From positions 272,924,001-272,988,000 of the forward strand of contig OZ024742.1 of the NCBI GenBank assembly GCA_964016885.1: a stretch of DNA of 64,000 nucleotides, read 5' to 3'. The notes under the pieces were generated by a model. That model was given only the letters and a program-made list of their open reading frames with translations, made no database searches and was not told the origin of the DNA. Numbering within the stretch: position 1 is the first letter of the stretch; the number at the start of each line of letters is the position of its first letter. This DNA is from Eledone cirrhosa. Taxonomy: Eukaryota. A program made the translations under genes and the position numbers. Positions 1 to 17,170 of this stretch are shown here, piece after piece.

Positions 1-790
1 CTGATATCCCTTAATACGATCAAACCGATGAGATCTGTTACTTGGGTTGAGTCACTGGATCCCATAATGATGTCGATATTGTTCAGTGTGTCCTTACGCG
101 TCCATAGTGATCCTCCGAACACACTGAAGATTATAGGGGCCACTAGTATTATATCAACCTGTGCCCTGTAAAAGCTATTTAGCTATTTAGTCTCACTGCT
201 ATATTGAGCAGGTTGTGGATATGGACGTACCGTATATATTGATATCTAATTGTATGAATTTGCTATCTTTTTATTGTCTGTTGTACTAAACCAATGTAAA
301 ACTTCTTTATCGTTACCCCATAAACTATATTTAATGTTATCCTTAATATGAGGGATGACATTGTCTAATATTCCTTTGCTAATACTGCCTATAATCGCTA
401 TGGATGGGCATATTAATCCAACTTTGGGGTTAGTGTTAAAATCATCCGTATGTTCTACTAACGTGAATATCGGGGGATGGGGTATATCGTACAGTGTATT
501 CCTCTAGATGCAGCGTTTGGGCTATAGCTTGCCCGCTAGGTATATATTATTCAGGTTTTCATTCATAGTTTTTCTATAGTTTCGGTTTAGTACGTTATAA
601 ATAAATGATCCATAAGTTGTGTAATCCAGTCTTTAAATGCTTCTTCTCTTATCTGCTAACATTTCTAATTTTTCCAGATTGTCGAAATTCTTAATAATTG
701 ATTTGATGTTACTAAGAAATGTGTATTGGTTACTGCGTTCTTCTCAAAGTGTTCTAATAATGTGTTATGTGGAGGAATTTGGTATGATTT
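1..790 (-). mobile_element. Penelope-like element, RT N-terminal half (Naiad-like), decayed, runs off window start
   Basis: Manual minus-strand translation gives PIFTLVEHTDDFNTNPKVGLICPS, IGSISKGILDNV, LWGNDKEVLHWF and DIIMGSSDSTQVTDLIGLIVL, matching PLE RT motifs (ITLKDHK..RLINP, W.NT..V..WF, FDVTMGS.DGAE.C.LVG); stops and frameshifts present. Confidence 0.75.
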
Positions 791-1635
791 GAATGCATAC
801 ATTCTATGCTTTTCCTTGTCGTGTTGTTCACTGTTGTTTCTGTTATCATATTGAAATGGGCGTCATATGTTGTCATATTGAAATGTGCCAAATGAGTTGT
901 AAATAATATTATTAATAATAATAATTATATTCCTATTATTAAGTTGAAATGTATTAGCTACAGTTGTTATTGTCCTCATCATTGTGATTGATATATATGA
1001 GTTAAAATACGTGAAAATTAATTCTGATATTGCCGATCTTGAACAAAATCCGGATGGTCTTACTATAAAGCCATGAAAATAATGTTGAAAAAACAATTTA
1101 ATTTAAATGTCTAACTATATGACCTCGGGATGAATTTAATCGGCTGAAACATGGATTAGTTTGAATACGCAGTGATTTCTTTGATGTTTTTTTTTAATAA
1201 ATAGAATACATACATTTAGCTTCGTACGGACGTATAATAACACACATACACGCATAAACACACATGCTTACGCACGTACACAAGTATAGCTCTTTTTACA
1301 AAACGTTTTTTTTTTCCATTTCAGGTAGACGCGCTCCATCATCCACTTGTCTAAAAAATAAATGATACACAAAACACCAGCACCAACAATTTTGCAAGAG
1401 ATATTACCATGAATTTAACTGTTGTTTTTATATAAAGACATTTTTTCCAATTCCAGTCCGCCCGTCCCCTCAATATATCTTAGTTCTCATTCTTTCTTCT
1501 GAGGAAGGAATAGCGTCGTATACGTTAAGACCCTCTTCCTGCTATATCAAGCGTTAACCTAATATATCCCTTCCATATATATTGTACCGAGTGTGTAGTT
1601 ATTTATGTTTACCTTTTATATACATACATAAATAG

Positions 1636-1669
<34 letters not shown>

Positions 1670-3213
1670 GCAAAGTTTTATTTAAATTGTTGGGTTAACA
1701 ACGAGTAAATATTTATAACTGATATAAAAGCACTCAACAAGTATTTGGAGTATATTTACGATATTAAATAAATGGAAACTATATTTATAAAACCATATTT
1801 ATTTCATTATATATATTTCAGGGATATCATATTAAAAATATGTTATGCCTTCTTCAGACAAAATACAATATAAACAGTCTTATAAATAGATAGATTCGAC
1901 ATACCTTTCAACTTCGACTTCTATTTGAAAAGTTGATTTGGTAGTGAAAAAATATTAGGGACAGTTATAAAAAGAAAGAAAGAAAAACGAAGAAAAAGAA
2001 GAAATGCATGCAACTAAATAGAGAGAGATAGATATAGAGAGATAGATAGAGAGAAGAAATTCATGTAAAGAAACAGAGAGAGATATTTAGAGAGAGGAAA
2101 AAACACAGAGGGAGATAGATAGAGAGAGAGAGAGAGAAGAGAGGAGAGAGAGAGGGAGAGAAAATATAGAGAGATAGATAGAGATAGAGATAGAGAGAAA
2201 GAAACTAGGTAGTTGGGCACCAGTTGAATGACGTATCAATGATATATTTATTTATTTATTTAGCTCTAGTATTAATGTAGAGAGAGATATATGTGGTTAA
2301 GAGAGAAAACAGCCGTTACATAGAGAGAAAAGAAAAATATCCAAACAAAAACGAGGCAGATTTAAAACACTATGTTTCATCAATGTAAAAAATATCAATT
2401 CGTATAAAACAGGCATTATAATGTAAATATCAGTATTCATGAATGAGACACGTATCAATAATGTGTGAAAAATAATGATCATATGTCTAGTTTAAAATTC
2501 CTAGGTTTATATTAGAGTTGAGATAAATAGAAGGTTATCCCAGATTTTATACTATATACATCCATGTGAATTTACGTGATCAGCTCTGCAAATTCCTATT
2601 TCACACGAAAACATTCTCATTGTGCTATAAAAATTTAAGTATACATATATGTGTACATACACACAAATATATATAGAGTCTACATTAATTTTAACAATAC
2701 TATTCATGTCTTTACTCTACATGATTATCGTTCAAGCATAAATAGAGAACAGATATCAATATATCAATAAAAATATCAGAAACAAAAAGTAAATAAAAAC
2801 AAAAAAAATCAAAAAAATATTAAAAATAAAAATATTAAAAATATTAAAAATATTAAAATAAAAATAAAACATAGTATGCCCCGCAAATCAACCACAGAGA
2901 TCAACCCTTCAAAGTTAATTGACAATATATTGCCAAGTTCGTTATAAGCATCAGAATCAAAAGCAAACAAAACCAAAAATTATTTACCAAATCCTGTCTA
3001 GCAGAAAACATTCCAAAAGTTTAGGATACCCATTTGATCTACAGATGGTCTTATATTTAATATAGAAGTTTATCTAGTGTAAAATGTATTCGATATATTT
3101 GGAGCATCAGCTTTTAGGGTAGTTTAATTATTCATGAAGAATGTTTAAAATAAAAAGGAATCGAAAGATTTATCGGCGAGTTTCATAAATAATTATAAAT
3201 CAAATTAAATATA

Positions 3214-3882
3214 CTACATTTTAAATTTATATTTATATTTAAAAGTTGAGTTCAATCTATGTCTGCAGCAACTGAATAAATTTGTCCGTAAATTAAGGGA
3301 ATTTTTAGATTTTAGTATAAAGAATATCTCCTCCGCGCAGAGGTCACATGTCTCAGAGGATGAATTAAAAGGAATCCCTCTTGAGACTATATTCCAAGCC
3401 GTTGAATATCCAACGTTATCATGCCTAAGTTGCCAGAGTAGGCCTGATAGTGATGTTGAGGATTTTTTGCTTGGATCTGTGAAAGAATTCTTATGGTTAT
3501 TATAGCGAAGTTTAAATTCTGTCGAGGTGGAACCAACATAGTTAAAAGAATTTAAGTCCGTTTTAACATTACAGTTGTATATTATATTTTTAACTAAGCA
3601 ATTGTTATTTAACGGACATTTAGATCTATCTCTACAGTTACATTTGTTAACTTGGATATTATTTATGCTATTATCGGTATTTTGGCTAGGTTTTAAATTC
3701 CTATTATTTATTCTATTAATATTTTGTGCTAAATTTTTGGTGGATGAGTAGGTTAATTTTATAGTATGTCTATTGAAAATTGAGTGATACCTATGTGTTC
3801 TAGGGAAGCGATTATCAAGAGCATTAAAGAATAGTTTAGCGATGTGGGTTTTAATGTTTAGTGAGAAAAGGGGGGAGGGCAA
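3214..3882 (-). CDS. PLE RT-thumb/linker plus GIY-YIG endonuclease (truncated ORF)
   Basis: 222-aa ORF: FP..HRYHSIFNRHTIKLTYS, CNCRDRSKCPLNNNCL, IIYNC..NYVGST..FKLRYNNH, CDLCAEE, LNLR..CCRH. Confidence 0.85.
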   Translation of the reverse strand: MPSPLFSLNIKTHIAKLFFNALDNRFPRTHRYHSIFNRHTIKLTYSSTKNLAQNINRINNRNLKPSQNTDNSINNIQVNKCNCRDRSKCPLNNNCLVKNIIYNCNVKTDLNSFNYVGSTSTEFKLRYNNHKNSFTDPSKKSSTSLSGLLWQLRHDNVGYSTAWNIVSRGIPFNSSSETCDLCAEEIFFILKSKNSLNLRTNLFSCCRHRLNSTFKYKYKFKM

Positions 3883-4183
3883 ACCATATTATATTCCTAG
3901 TTCTATTTCTTTTTTGGCTTTTGGAATTATTGTAATGCTTTCTATTATAGTTGTTAAAGTTGTTGCCGTAATTTCTTTACATCAATTTCTTCTCTCTATC
4001 TATCTCTCTATATCTATCTCTCTCTATTTAGTTGCATGCATTTCTTCTTTTTCTTCGTTTTTCTTTCTTTCTTTTTATAACTGTCCCTAGTATTTTTTCA
4101 CTACCAAATCAACTTTTCAAATAGAAGTCGAAGTTGAAAGGTATGTCGAATCTATCTATTTATAAGACTGTTTATATTGTATT

Positions 4184-4240
4184 TTGTCTGAAGAAGGCAT
4201 AACATATTTTTAATATGATATCCCTGAAATATATATAATG
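4184..4240 (+). ncRNA. Minimal hammerhead ribozyme-like motif in pLTR (mirror copy on minus strand at ~1805-1861)
   Basis: CTGAAGA-agg(c)at..at(c)cct-GAAA-tata-TA; stem I weak. Confidence 0.55.
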
Positions 4241-4276
4241 AAATAAATATGGTTTTATAAATATAGTTTCCATTTA

Positions 4277-7902
<3,626 letters not shown>

Positions 7903-7903
7903 A

Positions 7904-8034
<131 letters not shown>

Positions 8035-8728
8035 CATATGAGACGAAACTTATCGAAGAGTATGGACACATCTTCAGTCACTCAGTACACTAATTAAGTT
8101 CATTTTATTAAAATTCAAACCCAACTGATTAGAGTGCATTCATACGTTAATCAGGGACGAAGACGACTTCGTGTGGGTATGAAAATTAAGATATCCGGAT
8201 CGATTCAGCAGTTTCTACGATTTCGATCTGCAGGCACCGTTCAGAGTGGAAGAAGCTTGTGCAGAAAATTAGGTAATATTAGTATCCATTTCGTAATTTG
8301 GCTAGGAGTCGCATCATGAGTGGGAGCTCGCTTCCTTTATATTGAAATCTCCAGATCGGGAGCTAATACATCCTAATGCATGCCACAAGTGAATGTGGTA
8401 ATTATCAACTTCTAGTGGCATTAAATTGAATATTATCCAGGCTTGACATTTACAGGAAACACATGATGGCAAATGATTCGGATTGAAAAGACATGACCAC
8501 TCCAACAATCACTCTACCAAGGTGTTTTCACATAGAAAACAAAGACAAGGTAACAAATCATAAATAAATGAAACTAAAATGAACAGGATAAACGAGTTCA
8601 ACATACAATTTAAATATATTTTAGCCTCCTGGGAATTACATCAGATAAGAAACGAATCTTATCGAATAGAATGGACACTGCTTCGGTCGAGTATACACCC
8701 ACGCAATAATCTAAGTAAGTCCGTATTG

Positions 8729-8781
<53 letters not shown>

Positions 8782-8792
8782 TGTGTGTGTGT

Positions 8793-8859
<67 letters not shown>

Positions 8860-8909
8860 TGTGTGTGTAGAATGTATATATAATTAAAATTTAGCTTCGA
8901 ACATACAAA

Positions 8910-9292
8910 TATGTATTTGAATTTCTTATTTCTAAAGAAATACGGTATGTTTATGAATAAACATTCTGAAAGCCAAATCTATGAATAATACGGGGAGCTA
9001 ACGCCACCGAGCAATGTTCGGCACAAGCAAGTTTGACAACTGTTGATGCATTTCGAACTCAATTGGTTCTCGTTACGGTGGTGTCTTCTGCTCTTACAAT
9101 TGCCGAACTTTTAAACAGGTGAAAATATATAGTTTTGTCGTCTGTGTAAATGAGGAGATTAATCTCATTTGCATATGAAGCTTTATAAGATGGATAAAGT
9201 AGAATTTAGAAATATATATTTGAATTTCGTATATTTAAATAAATACGGTATGTTTATGAATAAATATTCTGAAAGTCATAGCTATGAATAAC
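8910..9292. repeat. Diverged ~80 bp direct repeat, period ~303 bp (partial-tandem pLTR-like unit)
   Basis: tttgaatttc..aaatacggtatgtttatgaataaa.attctgaaag at ~8916 and ~9218. Confidence 0.7.
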
Positions 9293-9417
9293 ACTGGCAG
9301 CCAACGAAATCAAACATTGTACACTGACCGCACTACCAGCAACAGCAACATAAGATACAACAACGACAAAGACAATACTAACAACACCACTAGGAGCAAC
9401 AAAGAAAACATCAAGAA

Positions 9418-9612
9418 AAATAATTGTTTCTACGTTAGGCACAAGGCCAGCAATTAGCCAGTGTATTACTGGTACTTTATTTTATCGACCCCGTAAGGAT
9501 GAAAGGCAAAGTTAACCTCGGCGGGATTTGAACTCAGAATAGCAAGGGCCGTAACTCTATGCGTCAAAACATGGCGTCCGAGCCTCTACCGATACTGCCA
9601 ATCCACCGCCCT
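9418..9612 (-). mobile_element. tRNA-derived SINE with Nin-type central domain (octopod-type)
   Basis: Reverse strand: A-box tggcagtatcgg, B-box gagttcaaatcc, gcctttcatccttacggggtcgataaaataaagtaccag, 3' end ggccttgtgcctaacgtagaaacaattatt. Confidence 0.8.
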
Positions 9613-9619
9613 TACATCA

Positions 9620-11060
9620 AGAAAAATAATAACAAAAGCAACGGCAATGGGAGCACCAGCAACGACGGCAAATATTTCGCAGACGGCCAAAACGTAGACA
9701 GAGTTCAGGTCAGTGATGAGGGTAATGAGGGAGACAAACCACCGGTAAAGAAGAATGGACACAGTGTCAGCTTTGCACCTCTACCCGATTTCATGCAGAA
9801 CAGACTTATGTGTATGGTTTCGTATCGAACAATTGGGATAAAGTGGAGTCATATAGAGCGTGTGAACGAGCCCAGGTGCAAAAGGCTACGGATGCCGTGT
9901 TGGCACGTAAACCACACATAGCACGCCGGAACAAATATGGGTCTTGCAATGTTTTGTTCACAGACCCGCAATAAAACAGGGTACATTCCTTGACACAACT
10001 GCGAAGAGAAGAGTTACAATGGAGCCGGACTACTGCGTACAAACTTTGTCCGAGTTTGCGTAACTTAGGTTCCTCCCGGAATAGCCATTCTCTAGTTGTT
10101 CGCAACTGTCCTCACCGACATCGGTGGAAACCATTTGATCTTGGAGATCACTAAGATAAAGCAAGAAGATTGGGTAGGATCAAATATGGAGCTACACATC
10201 GAAATGGACCAGAAATCCATAGAAACCAACCCCGATGTTATTAACTTCAACAGAAACACACACCTACCCGGGGCTGTCGAGAGTAGAAGGCAAATATGTC
10301 TCTATTTGTGAAAAGATTTCACCTAAAGGCATTCGACCCAAACCAAATAAAGGCCAACTCTCCCCCCCTGCACCAGGTTCCATGATGCGAACGACACAAC
10401 CGATGTCGGCCTATGTAACTGCAAACGCCCCACACCACCGTCATCTCTGGCTCTAGGACCAAAACTTCTAAAACTAAAATCGCCACCTCCACCAACAAAA
10501 ACACCAATGCCAGTGAAAAACACTTCCCTCCCTGATGTTGCACAGTTCGACACTGAGCGTGTTAACACGAAGAGGTGGCAGGCGGTCGGTTTCAGCCCCA
10601 CCCCCCAAAAAAAAATCACTCCTTTGCCCTCAAAACCAAAAAAAATGTTTAAACACTCAGCACCACAAGCCACACTTCCACCACCACCAACAACAACAAC
10701 TACGCCACCAACACCAACACCTACAACACCACCACAATCATTGCAACCAACCCCATCACCACCTACATCAACACCACAGCAAATAGCAAAGACAACACCA
10801 ACACCCCACACGCAATGCACAGCAATAGATATAAACAAGATAAAACTTTTTAAATTACCACACAACACCAACATTACACATACAAATTATGTACAACCAC
10901 AAAATATTGCATCCCTACCACATATAACAATTTAACAAATCACACAATATACATATACTTATAAAAATCAAGTTCACCGAGAGAATTGGAGACTTTATAG
11001 GAAACTGTTCAAAGAGAATATATTCCGATATTCTTGTGGAGAAACTAACACCGAGCTGGA
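9620..11060 (+). pseudogene. Decayed ORF1-like region of a Tx1/L1-like LINE
   Basis: VRV..VPPGI..LFATVL..VESRRQIC then a P/T-rich linker; 10820-11030 resembles 30435-30650, which lies directly upstream of a LINE APE start at 30719. Confidence 0.5.
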
Positions 11061-11149
11061 GAGATGATTCACCTACCCTCCTCTCAAAAAGCAAAAGGTA
11101 AGTCTTTCCTCGCAGTTTTTCAGCTGGAACATTCCCTGGTTTTACTTAT

Positions 11150-13640
11150 CTATCTATTTCTTCATTTGTTCATTTATTTTTTTTTATCTCATATCCCACT
11201 CCATGTCACACCTATTTTTGCCTTGTCTTCTCTTGCCTCAAGTTCATGTGTAGGTGAGCTATTAAGCCTCACTCGTATCGTCATCCTGTCCATATCCCCT
11301 TGAATCGTCTTATTCCTTCCACGCACATGCCTTTGAGCTTAGCATCATGGCCGGTGATAACCAGCCACTCTTCATTGATGCCACTTAGTGCAACAATCCC
11401 TGGCTCCATGTCCCACCCTCATCCTCGCTACTCGACGCCTATAGCTCATGCAACACCACCAATAGACGGAAGAGGAGCCGGAACGGTTTGTGGTGCGGCT
11501 ATTTCCGCCCCTTACTCGTGTTCGCTTGAGGCGTCCAGCCTCCAATGCCAGCATTACGTGTAGATGAAGACACTGTCTCATCCCCTTGTCTGCTACAATA
11601 CCAGATGTGATAGAAAGTTGTCTGATGCTCAAAACTGGCAGGTCAACATAGCTCGGCTGAGGCGGCTCCGGAAGATTCCACACAAGATCCCGAGAGCAGC
11701 TGGAGTGCCAGTAAACGATGCCCTCTCTTCCTCAATCGAAATGGCTCCGGATTCTAATCGAGCCAGCGACTGGGAGAGTCTTTCCAATTTGACCCCCCCC
11801 TCGCCTTCCTAAACTCTGGCGCTAACAGAGGCGGCCAGTCTACATTTCCTTTTGTCAAGGCCAATATTTCGTCATTTGGCAAGAGCCCATCCCAAGTGTG
11901 CCCAAAGACACCACACCGTCTGCTCTTAGGTCACCTGAGGCTAGCACAAAGCGTTAACACGCAATAAATGCTAAACAAATCAAGGGTGATGTCTCGGCTG
12001 CAATCAGAATGGTGGCCTCGGAAGACACTGTCTCCCACGCTTCTAAGGATATCCTAGCTGGCCTAAGGCTCAGACACCCTGAGCCGCCCACCGAACTCAG
12101 ACCCGTACCCCCACCTGACATTCACCTGCTCATTGTGGCTGTCAACGCTGACATCACATCTGCCATCAAGTCCTTTCAAACCAGTAGCAGCAGAGGTACT
12201 GATGGCATCCAACCTGGACTCCTCAAGGAATTGGTATCAGCCCTGTCTATTGAGGCCTGCGTCGCCTTCTGAGCACAATTGTGGCACGCAGTAATATCAT
12301 TATCTATGGTGTGCTGCATCATGCCAAGTTGGTCGGGTCTGTGTCTACCACGACTTGCAATGGGTGGATCCTGCTCTGGTGACACTCTGCCTCAAAGTCA
12401 ACTCTTCCAAGTCGGTGGTGGTGAATGTCTGCCGCGGTGCAGAAAGCTTTTCTGCATCCGTATCAGGCATGCGAAATAATCAACTTCAGGTACTGGTGAC
12501 CTCTATAGAGGATGTCCTCACCGTCGGGTCACCGATCCACCCAGCACCCGCTCGACCATGCGGTCTAGGCTCCAGCAGCTCAAACCCTCCCAAACAGACT
12601 GGGCATGTCTGACACCCACCCAACACTCTTGGTGTTGAGGAACTTCTTCGCCATGTCGAAGCTCCTCTACACTCTTCGTAACGCTCCGTGCGACAGCCAC
12701 ACATCTCTCCTTGCTGACCTCGACACTTATATCAGAATGGAAGCTGATGATATATGCAACGTCAGGTTTGATTACCATGGATGACAACAGGCCACCTTAC
12801 CGGTAGATGTGGTGAACTTGGCCTCCGGTCCCCGGTTTCGCTGGATTTGCCGGCGTTTCTTTCGCCGGTAATCTCATGCCGCGTCCTCATCAACAATGTT
12901 CTCCTAAAGAAAATGGATCCCACTGTGATCGTGAACCGGCTTGGATTTAGCCCAGTCGAAATCTCTTCTCCATCTCCCTCTGCTGACGTCAAGTACCCCC
13001 AGAGTATTTGAGATGCCACGAAATGCAACCTGGCCTCGGACAGGCTATCGTGCCAGCCCAACTACCACCACCTTACATATTTTCGCGCAGCGTCACAACC
13101 TCACAGTGGTATCTGGCTTCATGCCTTGCCCTCCCCCTCTACTGGCACGCAGCTGAAACAATGATAGCCTGCGCATCGGTGATTCGCTGAGTCTCGACCT
13201 CCGGATCTGCGAGCCACACAAAGTTTCTTCCGAAGACTGTTTCGGCCACCACCGCTTTCCTGTCGTTACAATACCGGCCGCCTTTCATGCCGTGCTGCTC
13301 TCAAAGAGGTCATAGAGCGTAACTTGGAGGCTGCAGGCTTTCCCCCTTAGCTCGAAGCGGTGGGGCTGGACCGAGGGGAGGGCAAAAGTCGAGACGTCAT
13401 GACCTTCTTCCTCTTTCGTGGTGGTAAACACCTCGTCTGGGATTCCACATCCAGCGACACATTCTCATGCGGCAACATGGTGCAGTTCTTGGCCCTAGGA
13501 CTACCTCCCTTCTTACCACCACATGCGCTGAACTGCTGAGCCGCAGGTGTAAGCCTCGCATGATGTAATGGCTCTTCCAGCGCATCTCTCTTACCATCCT
13601 CTTGGAAACACTTTCTCCATCTGTCCACAGGGCCGTTTGG
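11150..13640 (+). mobile_element. CRE-clade (RLE-type) non-LTR retrotransposon, decayed, internally deleted
   Basis: RLRRLRKIPHKIPRAA, KGDVSAAIRMVAS, L.GRCGELGLRSP, GKSRDVMTFFLFRGGKHLVWDST (RLE); colinear with 36550-39790. Confidence 0.8.
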
Positions 13641-16600
13641 TGGCCAGCGCGTGGGACCTCATCTGTTGTTAATAGTGGGAGATAGGGAGGGCGAGAGAGA
13701 TGGAGGCAATGACAGTGGTAGTTCAGATTCTCTGTGTTCGAACCTAGTATACATGTATGTCCTTCGAGAAACCTACAAATATTTTCTATCCATCTCAATT
13801 GTTTCCTCCCAATTTATCTAAAATGGCTTCTCTCAGAATAGGCAGCGCCAACTGCCCAATGACCTCAAGTCTCTGAACATAGATGTTGTGGTAATCAGCG
13901 ATACCAGAATCTCCGTGGCGTGGGCTTCCACAACCATTTACGGCAGCTTCGATGTGTATGCATCGGAAAACCGTCCTGGATCTGGCGGTGGAGTAGTTGT
14001 GTTGGTTCGGAGCGGCCTTGATCTCATGATACGGACCACCATATTGAACCCAGAGGGTAAATATGTAGTGTTGCACGACGCCAGCGTAGAAGGACCTGCT
14101 TTCAGACTGGCAACATTTTATGTCCGAAAAGAGAAGGGCACCCTGATCTCTGCCATCACCTGGAGACTTTTCTAGGAACGTTCCGCACTTTAGTGTTAGT
14201 AGTTGGTAACTGGAACGGGATATTCGATGCACACTGGGACTGTGTGAGAGTACGGGATATATGAGGATGGTGTTAAAGCCTCACAAATCTGTTCTGAAAG
14301 GTTCCGTCTGGATTTCCCGAATGTGCCTGATTGGGCACGGACAAACAACATAATGTCATCTGTAGGGATATAGATAAGACTAGCATAGGATGTCCACCTT
14401 TCAAGATGTTCGACTATACCTCCATAGATTACTTAGACAAAGAGCTGTCTACTGCAAGCTAAACGCGTGATTCACGGCGGGTAAAACCTACAGAGACCAG
14501 ATTAGCCAATTAGTTAAGTGCACTTTGATGGGGGGAAAACGTCAACAACAAATAGTGTTTCAAACTGAAAAGTGCAATCAAAGTAGAATCCATCAGGTTT
14601 AGCAATGATATGGTGATAGAAATGTATAGACAAGAGTGAGAACTATTTTGAAATCCATAAGTGGCGCTTAGAAAAGGCATCGCTCCCGATTCTTCAACGC
14701 TAAGCACGAAAGTTGCTCTTCACAACTAGAGTGCGTACACTAATACACGAGGAGACGAAAGCCGTCTAATCGGCCCGGTCGGAGGAGGGCGGCGTGGCAA
14801 CAAAGCTAAGTTCCGGTCGTGGGCGCACCATGAGGGGCGCATGTTTGTTAATCCCGAGCAGATGTGTTTGCCTATTCAGCATCACTTCACTCAACTGTTC
14901 GGGAACAGTGGCGAAATAGACCATGGAATGAACTTTAATCCCTACCTAGACATCCTACCGGAGCTCTCAGCGACAGTACGGAGTCTAGCGAAATGCCAAT
15001 AACTGCCGATGAAATACGAATGGCAATCGCCTGGTTTGGATGGTCTGCATTACAAGCTTTCAATACATGTGCTACACTTATTCCCTGAGCTCTTGGCAGA
15101 CGTCTACTTCTACAGCCAGCAGAACGAAAACATTCCCAGTTCTATGAGCCATGGAGCAATGGCATTGCTGAGAAAAGACTCAAAAAGGGGCACAACGTAG
15201 ATAACTTCAGTATCATATCGCAGTTGAAGTTTTAGCAACGAATTTGGCACATGTCGTCGAGAATCTTGTGAGTGAGGCGTAGACATGCGCCGTTCCAAAT
15301 AGACACATCCACGACAGCCTCCAGTTCATGCTATACATATTGGAGAGTGGAGCTAAGGAACCTGACACTGGGTGGGACGCTGATCACTTTAGGTCAATGG
15401 AAAGCTTTCGATAGGTTCGACCATCAATACATGGCCGCAGATCTCAGGGCGACCCGGTTTGGACCGGTTTACAGAGGGTGGGTCACTGACATGCACAGCG
15501 TCATTAGCTTTGTGACGAGTGTAAACGGTCACATTTTGGATCCATTTAAAATTATGCACTCGGTCCACTAAAGTTGTCCTCTCTCATCCCTCTTGTATGT
15601 TTTAACTCAAACTGGCGACGTTGAAGGGCATCCAGCGTGAACTGGGATGTGGGAGAACCGTGTCAGCTTACGCCGATGACGCCACCATAGTGGCGGCGAA
15701 CGCCAAACACAACTACGTGATCGGTACTACTCTAAAATACCATAAAGCGGTGAAAGGAGCAAATATTATCCAGAGAAAACGGTAAGCCTGCAGTTGGTTA
15801 CGTGGAAAGGATGATCCATAGCATCCAACAGCTTTGTTAGCCGCTGGACGGAAGAACTGGTTAAATAGCTAGTGCGCGAGATTGGTCCAAACCTCCAGAG
15901 GTGTCAACTTATGTGGCTTCTCTCTCGTAGAAATCGACCGAGAGAAAACTCTGCGTGAAAAGTCGAGCTGAGGTGGCGAATACGTACGCCGCTTCCAGTT
16001 TTACAACCGCCTGACAGTCGTGCCTTGTCCTAAGACTCATCGGACTGCAGTATAGAGCTTGCACCTTCGCATATTGTTGAAGAGATACACTCCGATGCTC
16101 AGGCGATCCATCTGCTGTCGCTACTTGGAAAGCATGGCATTCCGTGGCTGATCATGCGCTGACACGCTCTGAGACGATGACATCTACACATTTTCATAAA
16201 CGGGGAACAGCTGTGGTCACCTCGACTCCTTGACAGAGCGGCAATATTGGGACAAACGGAGACGAGGGGGAGCGCTTGGGAACTGAAATGTCTCCAAGCG
16301 CTCACTGTTCTTTGCTCATCGGAATTTACGATCGGTGGAAACTCCTGCCTGTATTCTTTATAGGGTTACTTAAGGGCAACTGTGACCATGTCCTTGCGCA
16401 CTGCCGATCTAGGGCAAATGGATAATTTCCAGGAATCCATGGCCTTGCCTGTGCTACTGGGAACGTTGCCAGAACAAGATAAACTTAACAGGCGTGGTTG
16501 TGCCGTCAGGTGGGCCTTTGCGAGATGCGCGCAGGGCAAAGAGACCGTCCTGCATAAATTCGTCCAGTGTCCGAGAATCGCTGACTTGTGGGTTTATGTC

Positions 16601-17160
16601 GAACATCTGCTCGCAGCTGAATCCATCATGAAGATTTCCCCACTGCCTTCCTTTAATTGGGAAGGGCAGGTAGTTTTTTGTGCCAGCAGACCATAGCGAT
16701 GGAAGTCGTGTGGTGAACGCGTTTGAAATAACTGAATACGGTCAAATACCACTTCGGTGATGCCTTGATTAACTTTTTCAAATTTCATCTGAAAAGGAAA
16801 ATTAAGGTGGAGAGAGAAGTGCTCTCTTCCGAGAAATTTGGTGAAAGATGGGCAAGTGATGCAAGTATGGCCCGAGTGAATAAGCCTGATCTAAGTATGT
16901 AACTGTTGATTGGAGGTGGAAAACTGGGGGAGGGCGCTCGTCCCGGTGGTCAGGGTCACTGTGGCTTTTTAATGGGCTTCTCCACGAGTGTCCCTCAGAA
17001 GTCTTCCCCCTATTGGAGAATGATCCTTTGTTTATTTTTTTTGTCATTTCCTTTCTTTTTTCTTTACACGCAGAAATGCTCATTTGTACCGTCCTGTACC
17101 ATCATGTGCTGTCCTTAAAGTTTTACTTATTGTCAACATTTGTGGTTAATAAAAACAATA
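13640..17160 (+). mobile_element. Tx1/L1-like LINE ORF2 (APE-RT-CCHC), decayed, near full length
   Basis: ATG at 13823 MASLRIGSAN; LVVGNWN; QSPGLDGL; KAFDRFDH; CPLSSLLY; SAYADD; CA..KETVLH..VQCP; T-rich 3' UTR and aataaa at ~17148. Confidence 0.85.
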
Positions 17161-17170
17161 TTATTATTAT

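Larger units (their letters stand above)
1670..4284 (-). mobile_element. 5'-truncated Penelope-like element (Naiad-like) with inverted pseudo-LTR copy at its 5' end
   Basis: GIY-YIG ORF 3214-3882; near-perfect ~310 bp inverted repeat 1761-2073 vs 3972-4284; unpaired tail 1670-1760; (TA)n on both flanks. Confidence 0.85.

Noticed and set aside
3100-3882. Selenocysteine recoding/SECIS as reported for some Naiad PLEs
   Set aside because: The conserved Cys positions are encoded as Cys with no in-frame TGA, and the downstream ATGA..TGA candidates do not form a convincing SECIS stem.
9520-9612. tRNA gene
   Set aside because: A/B boxes belong to a SINE head with extended spacing; no cloverleaf.
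10507-10935. Pro/Thr-rich mucin-like ORF
   Set aside because: Low-complexity (ACC/ACA)n linker within a decayed LINE ORF1-like region; no signal peptide or splice support.
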